Shown: positions 50,020 to 61,420 of the stretch, in pieces
Layout: each line of letters begins with the position of its first letter
Numbering within the stretch: the stretch's first letter is position 1
From: Octopus vulgaris
Taxonomy: Eukaryota
DNA length: 64,000 nucleotides
Direction: 5' to 3'
NCBI GenBank assembly: GCA_951406725.2
Contig: OX597822.1
Coordinates: 86,676,001-86,740,000 of the forward strand
Notes under the pieces: model-generated
Told to the model about the DNA's origin: nothing
What the model saw: the letters and a program-made list of their open reading frames with translations, nothing else
Databases searched by the model: none
Made by a program: the position numbers and the translations under genes

Positions 50020-50281
50020 ATTGGCTCCCGTACCAGTGGCACGTAAAAGGTACCAAGCATAGTGAATGCCAGTACCGCCTGATTGGCCCTCATGCCAGCG
50101 GCATGTAAAAAGCATCCACTACACTCTCAGAGTGGTTGGCATTAGGAAGGGCATCCAGCTGTAGAAACTCTGCCAGATCAGACTGGATCCAGGTGCAGCC
50201 TTCTGGCTTGCCAGCCCTCAGTCAAACCGTCCAACCCATGACAGCATGGAAAGCGGACGTTAAATGATGATGATGATGATA
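50020..50281 (+). mobile_element. RTE 3' tail fragment
   Basis: Near-consensus tail ending (GAT)n inside a TA-rich tract. Confidence 0.9.
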
Positions 50282-50329
50282 TATGTATATATATATACAC
50301 ACATACAAAAGATACTTTTAGGAAAAGTG

Positions 50330-50974
50330 AGACAGAGGCAAGAGGAAGGGGAGGAGAGCGAGTAGTTTAACGGAAACGTAATTGTGAATTCTCAATCAAA
50401 CGAGAACTTGTTTAATTAGCATGGGATTTAGAAGGACCTTAAAAGGCTCAATTTAAAGGCGACATTAAAAAAAATAATATATACAATGAAGGATTTAAAA
50501 AAATTTAACATGCCTTAAATAAAACAATTGATATTAATTAAAAACGATAATAAAGTTAACTCTCGCGTGAACGAGATTTGACTAACTAGCATTGGTCTAA
50601 AGTGATGATTTTCCTTTAGACTCACTTATTTTACTCAAATTGAAGCTATTTGAATACATACTCTGAAATACAGTTGTTAGCTTGTTTAAAATTAAATGCA
50701 TTTATCGACCATTTCTGAAAATGAAAAAAAATATCAAAGTCTCACTGTAACGAGACTTCTGAATTTTTTTTTTTTAAATCAAATATATATAATAAATTTC
50801 ACTATTTTCTGAAGGGAGTATGTAAAACAAAACCACCAGGATTGTTTTAAATAATTTTATATCCAATAGAAAGATTGCTAAAAGCCATAAACCGTGAGAT
50901 TGATTTGGTTTGTGGTTCGGCCATGTTATGACCCCCCCTCCTCTCTGCGGCTGCCGCGGCTCCACAGAACAACA
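50330..50974 (+). promoter_or_regulatory. SUMO promoter / 5' UTR
   Basis: CpG-retaining; TCTCGCGTGA at about 50560, CCAAT at about 50863, YY1-like CGGCCATGTT (50918-50927), then a pyrimidine run and GC-rich leader before the ATG. Confidence 0.6.
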
Positions 50975-50995
50975 ATGTCAGACACTGTACAACAG
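50975..50995 (+). CDS. SUMO1: SUMO1-like, coding exon 1 (MSDTVQQ)
   Basis: acaATGTCAGAC start (MSD, as in SUMO1); ends CAG|GCGAGT; phase 0 matches the next exon. Confidence 0.8.
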
Positions 50996-51286
50996 GCGAG
51001 TATAAGTGTTTTTAGAAACTAGCTAAACCAAGAGATAAAGTAATTACAAATTGTAGGTTTTTTGTTAGTGACAGAAAAACAAGTGAAGCCCTTTCCTTCT
51101 ACATATTACACGCACACACGTTATAAATATACAAATATATTTACATCTACACACAAATCTGCCTGTATATATATCTATATATTTATTTATTTATATATTC
51201 GTTTATATATACACAGTTATATATCCTGCATATATATATATACATACATATATATATATATCCTGCATATACACACACACACATAT

Positions 51287-51352
<66 letters not shown>

Positions 51353-51518
51353 GGCACATTAACAGATTTTTAGTTATATGTTTATTCGTAGAGTTCTCTC
51401 GTCATCCCGTTATTATTGGTTTTGTATTTGGAATCGGTATTAATTCGGTACCGAAATCTCTTTCAACTATGAATTCATGAAACTTATATCTCTTTCATCT
51501 TTTTCCCTCTTGTAATAG

Positions 51519-51590
51519 AGCACAAAACCCGAAGGCGGGGATTCCTCTGCCAGTGACCCCGAATATATTCGATTGAAAGTAGTCGGTCAG
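51519..51590 (+). CDS. SUMO1: SUMO1-like, coding exon 2 (STKPEGGDSSASDPEYIRLKVVGQ)
   Basis: EYIRLKVVGQ matches SUMO1 EYIKLKVIGQ; long pyrimidine tract plus TAG acceptor; CAG|GTAAGA donor; the intron after GQ is at the vertebrate SUMO1 position. Confidence 0.92.
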
Positions 51591-53661
51591 GTAAGAAAGT
51601 TATAAAATCTGGCCTTTTATTTTGTTTTAATCATCTAATCTCCAAGTGAGTGTGGCAATGTGTATTCTTATTTCCTTGTCAGTTTTGTGTACTAATAAAA
51701 ATCATAGCCATCCGATTAAGAAATGAGGGTTCATTATACAATGCTCTCTTTATAATAGACCATTCCCTCATTTTACGTCCACATGGTGGTCTGGCTACTA
51801 ACCCAACTAGCCTTTATCATTTCTTCAAAACCGTTAGAATTGTATTTTCACTATTAAAATTGTAAATGTTCGGCGTATATTCTTCTACGTAATAGTTTTT
51901 ACTAATTTTTGTTTTGTGTATAATTTTCCCTTTTGATTGTTAAAACGGTTTGTCCGTTTTTCTTGTTCACATTTCCGATCGCTTGTCGAAACCACGTTTC
52001 CTTTTGTTGTAGCAGCATTCACATATACCCCACTTGTCTCCGTTAGTGTGTTTCTATATACACTCGCCAACCTTAAAGTTTTTTGTAACAGAACCGTTGA
52101 TTACATCCCACACTGTGTTATATATTTACCTGCCTTATCGTACAGATTGAGTTTCTCCTCTTTCTTTTCCCAATCACACCAAAGTAACTGGGGATTTATT
52201 TCATTTTGACCATTGGTCCCTTCTCTATGAAATTTAGAAATTTACTGGAGGAGAAAAGATGGGAATTGACTGGATTGAGAACGGAGTTAATCCGCCAAAA
52301 CGGCGAATAATCGATATCGTATTTGATAACCAGAAGAATGAGTTTCCCTTTGAATTGGGTGGGGATAGAGCATCAAACTATATCCCTTTCACTCTATAAA
52401 AATAGAAATAAAAATTTATTAATATTATTGAGGGTAAACCGAAACGGTTGCAGAGTAATTCCTGTTATTTTTGTTTATTATGGAGTACATCTGTTGGTTG
52501 TGAGTTTCTACAAGTGTATCTGGGCGAAAGTGGTTGATTCAGTAACTAATACAGATTGACTAAATATAAATAAATAATTAGCAATATATGTTCACTAAAT
52601 GTAACTGGTAACGAATGGATCGTTCTAGTATGTGGAAATATAAAGAAAACGTCATTTATAGACAATGAATGAATGCCGTCGATATTGTAAACATTAACTC
52701 TGTTTATTGAAACTATTTACGTTGCCTTTTGTCCATAGGAAAAGTATGAATGTTGCAATATTGTTCCCAGCCTTCACAAATTGACTTCTGTTCGTTTTTT
52801 AAATAAAGTTACATACTAAGTTTATTATCGTAAACTTAACAATCCATGCTGCAAGTTTTCAAACATTTTCATTTATAAATTTAAATATTTCAAAAAGAGC
52901 CCGACTCATTTTCTGAATGTGTTCTTATTGAAAGAGGCATTTTTAAGAATGATTACTTTTATAATTAATTCCTGTACTTTTAAATAGTCCTTCTACCGTC
53001 TTAGCCATTTAACTTCTCACTTCCTGATGTCTCTCTCTCTCTCTTTTTCTTCCGGTAAATACTTTTACTCTTTCTTCACTATCCTGTATATCACCTTTAC
53101 TCCTATTTCGCTATTGTCTTCTACATTTCACTTGTTCTTTTTCTCGCCATCATCTTGATAGTTTTTATTTCTCAGCTCATTACTTAGCTATTTTTCACCT
53201 AACTACCGTCGCCTATCCACTTCACCACATATTTCATTCCAACTTTCATCATCGTTACTATCATTCTTGCTCCCTAACTCCCACTAACGACAAATTCGTG
53301 AAGATATCGACATTGTATCACGTTGAAATATTAAGCTTGCACCTGGCTGCTTCTTTCTACTTTTCCGGATCTACTTAACTCTCCGCCACTCCTGACTTCA
53401 CTCTAGGCCTTGTTCCACGAGTTATCTATTTCTTTTTATTTTAATTTCAGATCGATTAAGATGTTTTTTCTTCCTTCAGTTGCTATTGTATTCATTTTGA
53501 TTTATACCAAGATCAATCGATCATTTAAACCAGCCTATAAAGTTATAACGATTTTATTTTGATTACACATCAGCGACAGTTTGCTTTGCGTTTAAACTTT
53601 TATTTTTGTCAACGATAATGCACATAAGTTTATTCACGTATAAATTAGAGACACTTGGAAC

Positions 53662-53920
53662 CATTTGGTTGCTTCCCAACCACATGGTTCCAAGTTCAGC
53701 CCCACATGGCCGAAACTTTTGTCAGTGGATTTGGTAAAACGGCAACAGAAAGAAACCTGTTGTATGTGTGTGTTTCCCGCCAGTGATTTGCTTACGTCCC
53801 CGTAAATTAGCGGTTGGGCAAAGGAAATCGATTGAATAAGAAGTGGGATCGATTCGTTTGAAAATCTTTCAAGACTGCGCGCCAGCATGGTCGCAGTCCA
53901 GTGACTGAAACAAGTAAATG
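53662..53920 (+). mobile_element. SINE family B, internally deleted, CpG-rich
   Basis: Homologous to 40776-41180. Confidence 0.8.
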
Positions 53921-53939
53921 ATGGAAGAAAAATATATAA

Positions 53940-54235
53940 GAGGTTGTGTGGTTAAGAAGCCTATTTTCCAACTACGTGCTCTGGTTCAATCCCAGTAAAG
54001 AAGCCTGTCGTATACACACACAGGTTGTGTGTATCCTCTTGACGCCCTGTGAAGGTTGTAAACGAGCATCATTATCATAGAAGCAGTGTTGGTCGTTTCC
54101 AGCCTGGATGTGGGGAAATATAAGTTGGAAACAAATGAGGGCTGGCACCAGGAAGGGCTTCTGGTTTTAGAAAATCTGCTTCAACAAAGTCTGACACCTG
54201 CAGGAATGGAAAAGTGGATGTTAAATGATGATGAT
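53940..54235 (+). mobile_element. SINE with family-B head and RTE-type tail
   Basis: ggttgtgtggttaagaagc...ggttcaatccc head; ends aggaagggc...tggaaaagtggatgttaaatgatgatgat. Confidence 0.65.
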
Positions 54236-54591
54236 TAGCAGAACAATTCAGCCAGTCCTTTTTGATAGTTTTCTGCAAGTAATTAGTTATAAAACTGAAT
54301 ATTTATTACCTGCGGATTTTCTTCCTCTGGTCTCCTGCTTCTTCTTAACAGTCAGATAACTGGCAGTAAGGCAAACAAGTACTTCAGAAAACCCCAAAAT
54401 GAGTTAAATTATGTTACTTTGGTGTTTTGCTGATTCTTATTTAGTCTTGGTTGTTTTTGTTGGTTTTTTTTTGTACTGTGTGGTTCCATTTTGGTGTATA
54501 TTTTGCAAGGAAATAATCTTTTACGTCGTAGCCTCAGCTGTTTCCATGGAATACCAGTTCTCAGAATTTAAAATGTTTACATTGGCAAGTA

Positions 54592-54968
54592 ATCATCATC
54601 ATTGTTTAACATCCGCTTTCCATGCTAGCATGGGTGGAACGATTTGACTGCGGTCTGGCGAACCAGATGGCTACACCAGACTCCAATCTGATCTGGCAGA
54701 GTTTCTACAGCTAGATGCCCTTCCTAACACCAGCCACTCTGAGAGTGTAGTGGGTGCTTTTACATGCCATGGGCACGAGGGCCAGTCAGTCAGTACTGGC
54801 AATGGCCACACTCAAATGGTGCTTTTTATGTGCTACCTGCACAGGAGCCAGTCCGGCAGCACTGGTAACGACCTCGCTCAAATATTTTTTCACGTGCCAG
54901 TAAGGCGATGCAGGTAACGATCACACTCGAATGGGGATTTCACTTGCCTTAGCAGGTCTTTGCAAGCT
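54592..54968 (-). mobile_element. RTE 3' tail fragment
   Basis: (CAT)n, conserved tail and internal tandem units. Confidence 0.88.
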
Positions 54969-55581
54969 CCTTCAAAAATAATAGTTTTTTATAGATTTCT
55001 CTATTCTCTGAATTAACAACCTTATTTTCATCAAATTGTTTTGTTGCTGGTTTGACATTTACTGAAAATGTTTCTCTTTAATGTTTTAGGATTTCTCATT
55101 ACCTTCAGCTCTTTAGCTTTTAAACTGGCCATACATGGCCCAGATATTCTGTGTTCAAATTGGCTTTACTGGCCTCTCATGCTTACTCTGCAATGTCATT
55201 CTAAAAACAAGTAACCACATCATCAAAATCTCAATGCTATGAGATAATGCATGATTGATTCAAACAATGGAGATAAACCAGCATTTGACAGAATAATAGG
55301 GATACTAAAGGGTTACAGTATATAAATGCAAAATTATTATAACTTTCTTGTCTACATCACCCCCATGCCCCGAAAAAGTGGAAATAAGGGAGTGGAGGTC
55401 AGCCCTAAGTGTTGTTACCTTCATATTTAATGTTTCACTGAAAAATTAACATCTATTGAGCATTTTTCTGAAACCTTCAAAAACTTTTGTTTGTTTGGAC
55501 TTTGGTGTTTCTAAATAGGCCACAAGTTTAGACTATGGCAGATTTACATAAATTGTAAGCCTGGTGACATTGATGCTATTA

Positions 55582-56680
55582 ATCATCATCATCATTTAAC
55601 GTCTGCTTCCCATGCTGGCATGGGTTGGATGGTTTGACTGAAAACTGGTGAGCTACACTAGGTTTGGCATGGTTTTTGTTACTGGATGCCTTTCCTAACA
55701 CCAACCACTCCAAGAGTGTAGTGAGTGCTTTTGACATGATACCGGCATTGGCCACGTGCTCACATGGTGCTTTTTGTGTGCCACTGGCACAGATGCCAGT
55801 CGACTGGCACTGGTATTGGCCATAGCTACAATTTCACTTGGCTTGACTGGTTTTCTCAAGCACAGCATATTGCCCAACGTTTGAAGGGTGATTTTTATGT
55901 GCCATGACTATGATCTCACTTCGCTTGATGGGTCTTCTCAAGCACAGCATATTGCCAAAGGTCTCAGTCACTTGTCATTGCTTCTGTGAGGCCCAACATT
56001 TGAAGATCATGCTTCACCACCTCATCCCATGTCCTCCTGGGTCTACCTCTTCCACAGGTCTTGTTTCACTGCCGTGTAGTGTAGCTGTTCATACAGCCTG
56101 CCTTTCACTCTGAGAGAGAGGCCCTTTGTTACCAACAGAACTAGGAACTCATTGAACTTTGCCCAGCCTATTCTTATTCTAGCAGCTACACTCTCAGAGC
56201 CTCCACCTCCACTACTAACTTGGTCACCTAGATAACGAAAGCTATCAGCTACCTTTAGTTTTTCCTCATGGCATTTGATGGAGTCTATTTTTTGTACATC
56301 TTTAGTCTTAATCGTCCCAGTGCACCTTCCACACACAAAAACTATTTTCCCTGTTAAGCTTCCTCTGATATTGTTGCACCTCTTATGTGTCCATAGCTTA
56401 TACTGGGTATATCTTATGGAATTTCTACCTACACTTTTCTTACAGATTGAGCAGGGCCATCTACCTGAAGGGATTTGTGATTTGTCTGCTTTCCTACTCA
56501 CTAAAACTTTGGTTTTTGCTAGATTAACTCTAAGGCCCTTTTATTCTAGACCTTGCTTACACACCTGAAATTTCTTCTCTAGTTCTTGAAGTGATTTGGC
56601 TATGAGAACAATGTCATCAGCATAGAGGAACTCCCAGGGGCTGCCTGTCTTAAATCCCTCTGTTATTGCCTGGAGCACTA
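55582..56680 (-). mobile_element. RTE LINE, 5'-truncated and internally deleted
   Basis: LYADDI, GRWPCSICKK...CGRC, FRYLGD, IGWAKF motifs; (CAT)n at 55583. Confidence 0.93.
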
Positions 56681-56799
56681 TTCTGTTTAAACTATTGTAA
56701 GTGAAAGCTCGCAGAGAACAGGGAGGGATGGAGGGGGTGGAGATGAAGGATTGGTTATAAGTGGTTGGTGCAGGTGCTTGATTTGGTTTTCTTTAATTA

Positions 56800-57105
56800 C
56801 AGCATTGTGTGGGAAGAAGTTTGCTTCTCAACCACATGGTTCTGGATTCAGTCCCACTGTATGACACTTTGGGCAAGTGATCTTTAGCCTTGAGCCAACC
56901 AAATTCTTGTGAGTAGAGTTGGTAGACAGAAAGTGAAAGAAGCCCATCACATGCACACAAGGACCTAGCAGTTTGGCAAAAGAGACTGATAGAATAAGTT
57001 CCAGACTTAAAACAATAAGTACTGGGGTTGATTCATTCAACTAAAGATCCTTCAAGGTGATGTTCCAGCATGGCCACAGTCTAATGACTGAAATAAATAA
57101 AAGAT
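56800..57105 (+). mobile_element. SINE family B (further partial copies at about 57420 and 59180)
   Basis: Head, body and tail homologous to 40776-41180; CpG-depleted. Confidence 0.8.
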
Positions 57106-57814
57106 AACTATTGGTAATCAATATAGCTTTCGTCTTGTTGGTTTAACTGAGGTGAGATTTTGTTCATAATTTGTCGACCAATGGTTCTATATCATTGGTT
57201 GACTGTTCCACAGACAAATTGTACCCTTAATATAATCCTTGCTTAGTTTGACTGTCTGATAAAACTGAGCTTTGAATTCTTGGCTCAGTCCAGCCAACAT
57301 GCTCCCATTGTTTTCCTCAACACAAAGTTATCGTAAAAAACATGACCATAAAACCACTGAGTGGGATTAAACCCAGGCTACTTTGTGCTTGTGAAGCTAA
57401 ATTCTTAATTACTCACTTCCAAACAACATAGTTTCTGGTTCACTCCCATTGTGTGCCATCTCGGTTGTCTTCTATTACAGTCCCAAGTTGACTAAATCCT
57501 TGTGAGTGGTTTCAGTCAACAGAAAGTCAAAAAAGCCCATCATGTATACTCAATACTTGAAGCACATTGAATATTAAGTTAGAATATTATTGCCTACTTT
57601 GCTATTCTTTTAATAGTTGTTTTTGTAGAATGAATTGGTAATTATTACAGAACAGGAAGTTTTACTGAAAATGACTGAATGTATTGTAATCAAAGACCAT
57701 TTCTTCTTTTCTTTTTTTGTTTTTGTTCTGTATCACCAGAAATTAAAATTTATGCTGGTTGTGTTTAGTTTATAAATCGAAAAGGATAAGCTGAATACAA
57801 AAACAAGTACAGTG

Positions 57815-57895
57815 GTGTGTCAGAGTGGCTGTTTCAGTGCATTTCCATTGCCATCCTCTGGGGCAACACCTTTTCCATTTTGTCTGCTGGGACCA
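57815..57895 (+). mobile_element. CRE-like non-LTR C-terminal remnant
   Basis: EWLFQCISIAILWGNTFSIL resembles the LFQR.S.A..RGN terminal motif; very short match. Confidence 0.4.
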
Positions 57896-58189
57896 TGAAG
57901 CAGTTTGATTTACAGGAAATTGTACGTTCCATTCCTTAATGTGAATTTATTCCTTATATGTATGGAGTCCTTGTGGGCCACACATTTCTTCAGTTGGTGT
58001 TGCATTGCTTGGATCCCCTTGGTGAAGAAGCTTTGTTTGTCAAAATGTCATCAACAGTAGATACAAGGCTAATTAGTGCATTTTTTTTCATATAAAAACT
58101 GGTTGCTTCTTGTGATAATCAGTATCAATAGCAAATTGTTTAGAATTTGTAATGACCCTAAGATCTACTTTTGTTGCTTTTTATAGCCT

Positions 58190-58550
58190 AGATGGCATTA
58201 GGAAAAGCATTCAGCCATAGAAACCTTGTTAAAGCAGGCATTAGAGACCAAGACAGCCCTAAGGCTAGTTGGATCCTCTCAAACCATTCAACCCCTTTCT
58301 GCATGGAACATGATGTTAAACAATGATGATAATGTGGGACCTTGCTGGAGGGAACTTGACATAGATATACTTAGGTCAGCTGTCATCATCATCATCATAC
58401 ATCTGCTTTCCATGCTGGCATGGGTTAGATGGCTTGACTGGAACTGGTAAGTTGGAGGATTGCATCAGGTTCCAGTCTGATTTGGCATGGTTTTTACAGC
58501 TGGATGACCCTCCTAATGCCAACCACTTTGAGAGTATAATGGGTGCTCTT
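58190..58550. mobile_element. Tail-to-tail pair of RTE 3' fragments (+ 58190-58330; - 58384-58550)
   Basis: The first ends aatgatgat; the second starts catcatcatcat. Confidence 0.8.
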
Positions 58551-59323
58551 ATAAACAGTTATATTGCCCAGCTTCATGCAACATGAGACGTTGCCCTGCT
58601 GCCCTACCAAGTGCTTTGTGTGGTTTTGATGGATGGTATGATTGAGTTGGGAAAATCTGGGCAAGCTTGAACTGATGATAATAATTGTCCAGGTCATCTT
58701 TGGTTGATAAAGGGCTTTTATCAGCCCATCTTTTTTTATATTAGGGTCTGTATTGGTGTTCATTGTATCTTTATTGTAAAAGGATGTGTTTTGCCTATCT
58801 GTTGCAGAGGCTCTTTCATTGGCCAGCAAGTTCTCTTTTTGTTGCTATAAAAGCTATTTATCTTTATAGAAAGTATTGTAATTTCTGCCATGTTGCTTGA
58901 GAATTCTATATCACCACCTACGAACTTGAAATTATGTAAAATATGATGTGTGATTTATTATGAATATATGTTGTCTATGATTGAATATTAAATGTCATAG
59001 GTGTGTTAGCTTGTGCCACTCCTAAAACTGAATAATTCTTTTTAAGCACTTAACCAAACCCACTTGTAGCTCTCAATGCTGCTGATTATTATTTTATTTT
59101 TGCATTCTGTAGGTTGTTAGAAATCATTTTGTGGCTTTTTTGATAGGTTTGAATGCTTTCCTTGTTATATGGGCGTGGTTATAGGTACAGGTATAGCTGT
59201 GTGATTTTGGGTTCAGTCTTGCTGTGCAGCACTTTGGGCAAGTGTCTTCTATAGCCAAAGGTTGACCAAAACCTTGTGAGTGAATTCGGTAGGTGTAAAC
59301 TGAAAAGAAGGTTGTGTGTGTAA

Positions 59324-59362
<39 letters not shown>

Positions 59363-59449
59363 TTACTAGTTTCAGCTTGAGAGCTGTGGCCATGCTGGGG
59401 TGCCACCATTAGCTTTGCTACACTTTCGTTAAACCTTCTGTAATATGTG

Positions 59450-61225
59450 GCATTTGGTGAATGAGGGAGTTTGATGTTGCTGCTCTCATCTGCATTTCTT
59501 GCTGTGAGGTAGGTTCATCCAGAACTCTAGACAGGAGGAGATCCAGTTTTGTTTTGAAGATGCCCCCCAACCATTTCATGCAGGTTTCTTAGGCCTTGTG
59601 GTAGGATATTGAAGAGCTGATAAAACCCAAGCTGTTACAGTATCTGCTTCTGTATCCTGATAGCAATGCTGGGGTTTTTGCTACTATGCAGTGGCACCCC
59701 ATTGTGCTGTTTGTGTAATTTTCAATTCCAAAGTTAGGTATAAGTTCTTGTAGAATTTTCCAGTTGTATATCACTGCGTATTTTTCCCACCTTTGTTCTA
59801 GGGAGTAGAGTCTTAACTTTTTCAGTCTCTCCCAGTAGCTGACATGTCGCATTGAGATGATCTTTGTGTAGCTTCGCTGGATTGTTTTGAATTCTGTTGT
59901 TAATTTTACACTGTGTGGTGTCTGTAGTTGGGAGCAGTAATATAAATGGCTGAAGGTCCTCTAGAGGACCATCGTGGTTTCTTGTACTCGTGTTCTGAAA
60001 GTTATAAGAATCCATTCAGCCAGCCATCTGCATTTTATTGCCGAGCTTAGTACTCTGTACCTGGAAAGATGCATCATTACTCATGTCCATGTCACGTACT
60101 GATTTTGATTCAGAGATTGCAGTCCCTCCTTGGCCAGTGTATCCTGTCTGCTTTTCATTCAGCTCTGTATGTGGTAGCACAGAACTTGAAATTTTCCAGC
60201 ATTAAACTGCATGTTATTTTCCTCAGCCCATCTGTATGTTGCAACCACTCCAGTTATCTTATGAGACTTTTGTATCATCTGCATTGCTAGCAAGGGTGGC
60301 TATCTAAGCAGCTGAGGGCATGTCTGAGAGGGCCATAATGAATAGCAATGGCCCCCAAGATATTGTCCTGTGGGACACCACTCATTATTTGCATTTCTTT
60401 AGAGGTAGCCTTGATGGTCACCACTACCTGACTTCTATCTTTTAGAAAGTCATATGGCCATTTTCCAAATTTTCCAACTATACCAAGATTACACAGCTTG
60501 TAACATATACTGTGGTCGATTTTGTCAAAGGCTTTTGTGAAGTTGAGATATATCCTGTTCACACTTGCGTTGTTAAGCAGCTGCTTTAACACCCAGTTGT
60601 AATGTTGCAAGAGCTGTTTCAGGCAGTTTCTACTTCATTGAAAGTCATGCTGGGTGTCGGTTAGCAAGTCATTCTCTTCAAGGAATGCAATTAGTTTCAT
60701 GACTTTGCAAATGTGTGAAGTCAGAGAGACAGACCTATAGTTTTTAGCATCAGCTCTGCTTCCTCCTTTTTTTAATAGGGCATATTATTCCTTCCTTCAG
60801 TTTGCCTAAGAGCTTACCACTTGCAAGGAAGCCCTGAAAAAGAAGCTGCAGTGATTCTGCAAGGGCTTGTTTGCATATTTGAGATTAATTGTTGGGAATT
60901 CATTGGGGCAAGCAGTTGAGTTTGTGTTTATATCATCCAAAGCCAAAATCTTTGATGTTGATGTAATCAATTAATGCTGCCTCTCTGATTACATATGTAG
61001 TGGTAAAGATTTCTACAGGTTTGCTGGCTTGCATGTTCTATTAGAGTTGGGTGAAGATACATTTGAATATTTCATTCAGTGTTTCACTTATCCTCATTGG
61101 GTTTCCTGTGAGGGAACCATCGTTTTGGAGGAGTGGCCCTATCTTGCAACACACAGAGGTGGCAGCTTTGGCATACTTAAGGAAGGTTCAAAGGTTTGAT
61201 TTTATATTTTTTATAACCCAGGCTT
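59450..61225 (-). mobile_element. CR1-like LINE RT region, degenerate
   Basis: IYLNFTKAFDKIDH, SGVPQ..LG and SYWERLKKLRLYSLEQR motifs. Confidence 0.85.
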
Positions 61226-61229
61226 AAAT

Positions 61230-61264
<35 letters not shown>

Positions 61265-61267
<3 letters not shown>

Positions 61268-61420
61268 TTTGACATCAGATGAGCCAGTGAACTTCATTGA
61301 ACTCCAGTATCTATTCCACAGCTGACTGCCTTTCCTGATGCCGGTCACTTTACGGAGTGTACTAAGTGCATTTTTCATAGCACCAGCACTAATGAGGTTG
61401 CTAAGTATTTCACAAGGCCA
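61265..61420 (-). mobile_element. RTE-tailed fragment (another on + at about 62370-62500)
   Basis: Diverged match to the conserved tail block. Confidence 0.65.
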
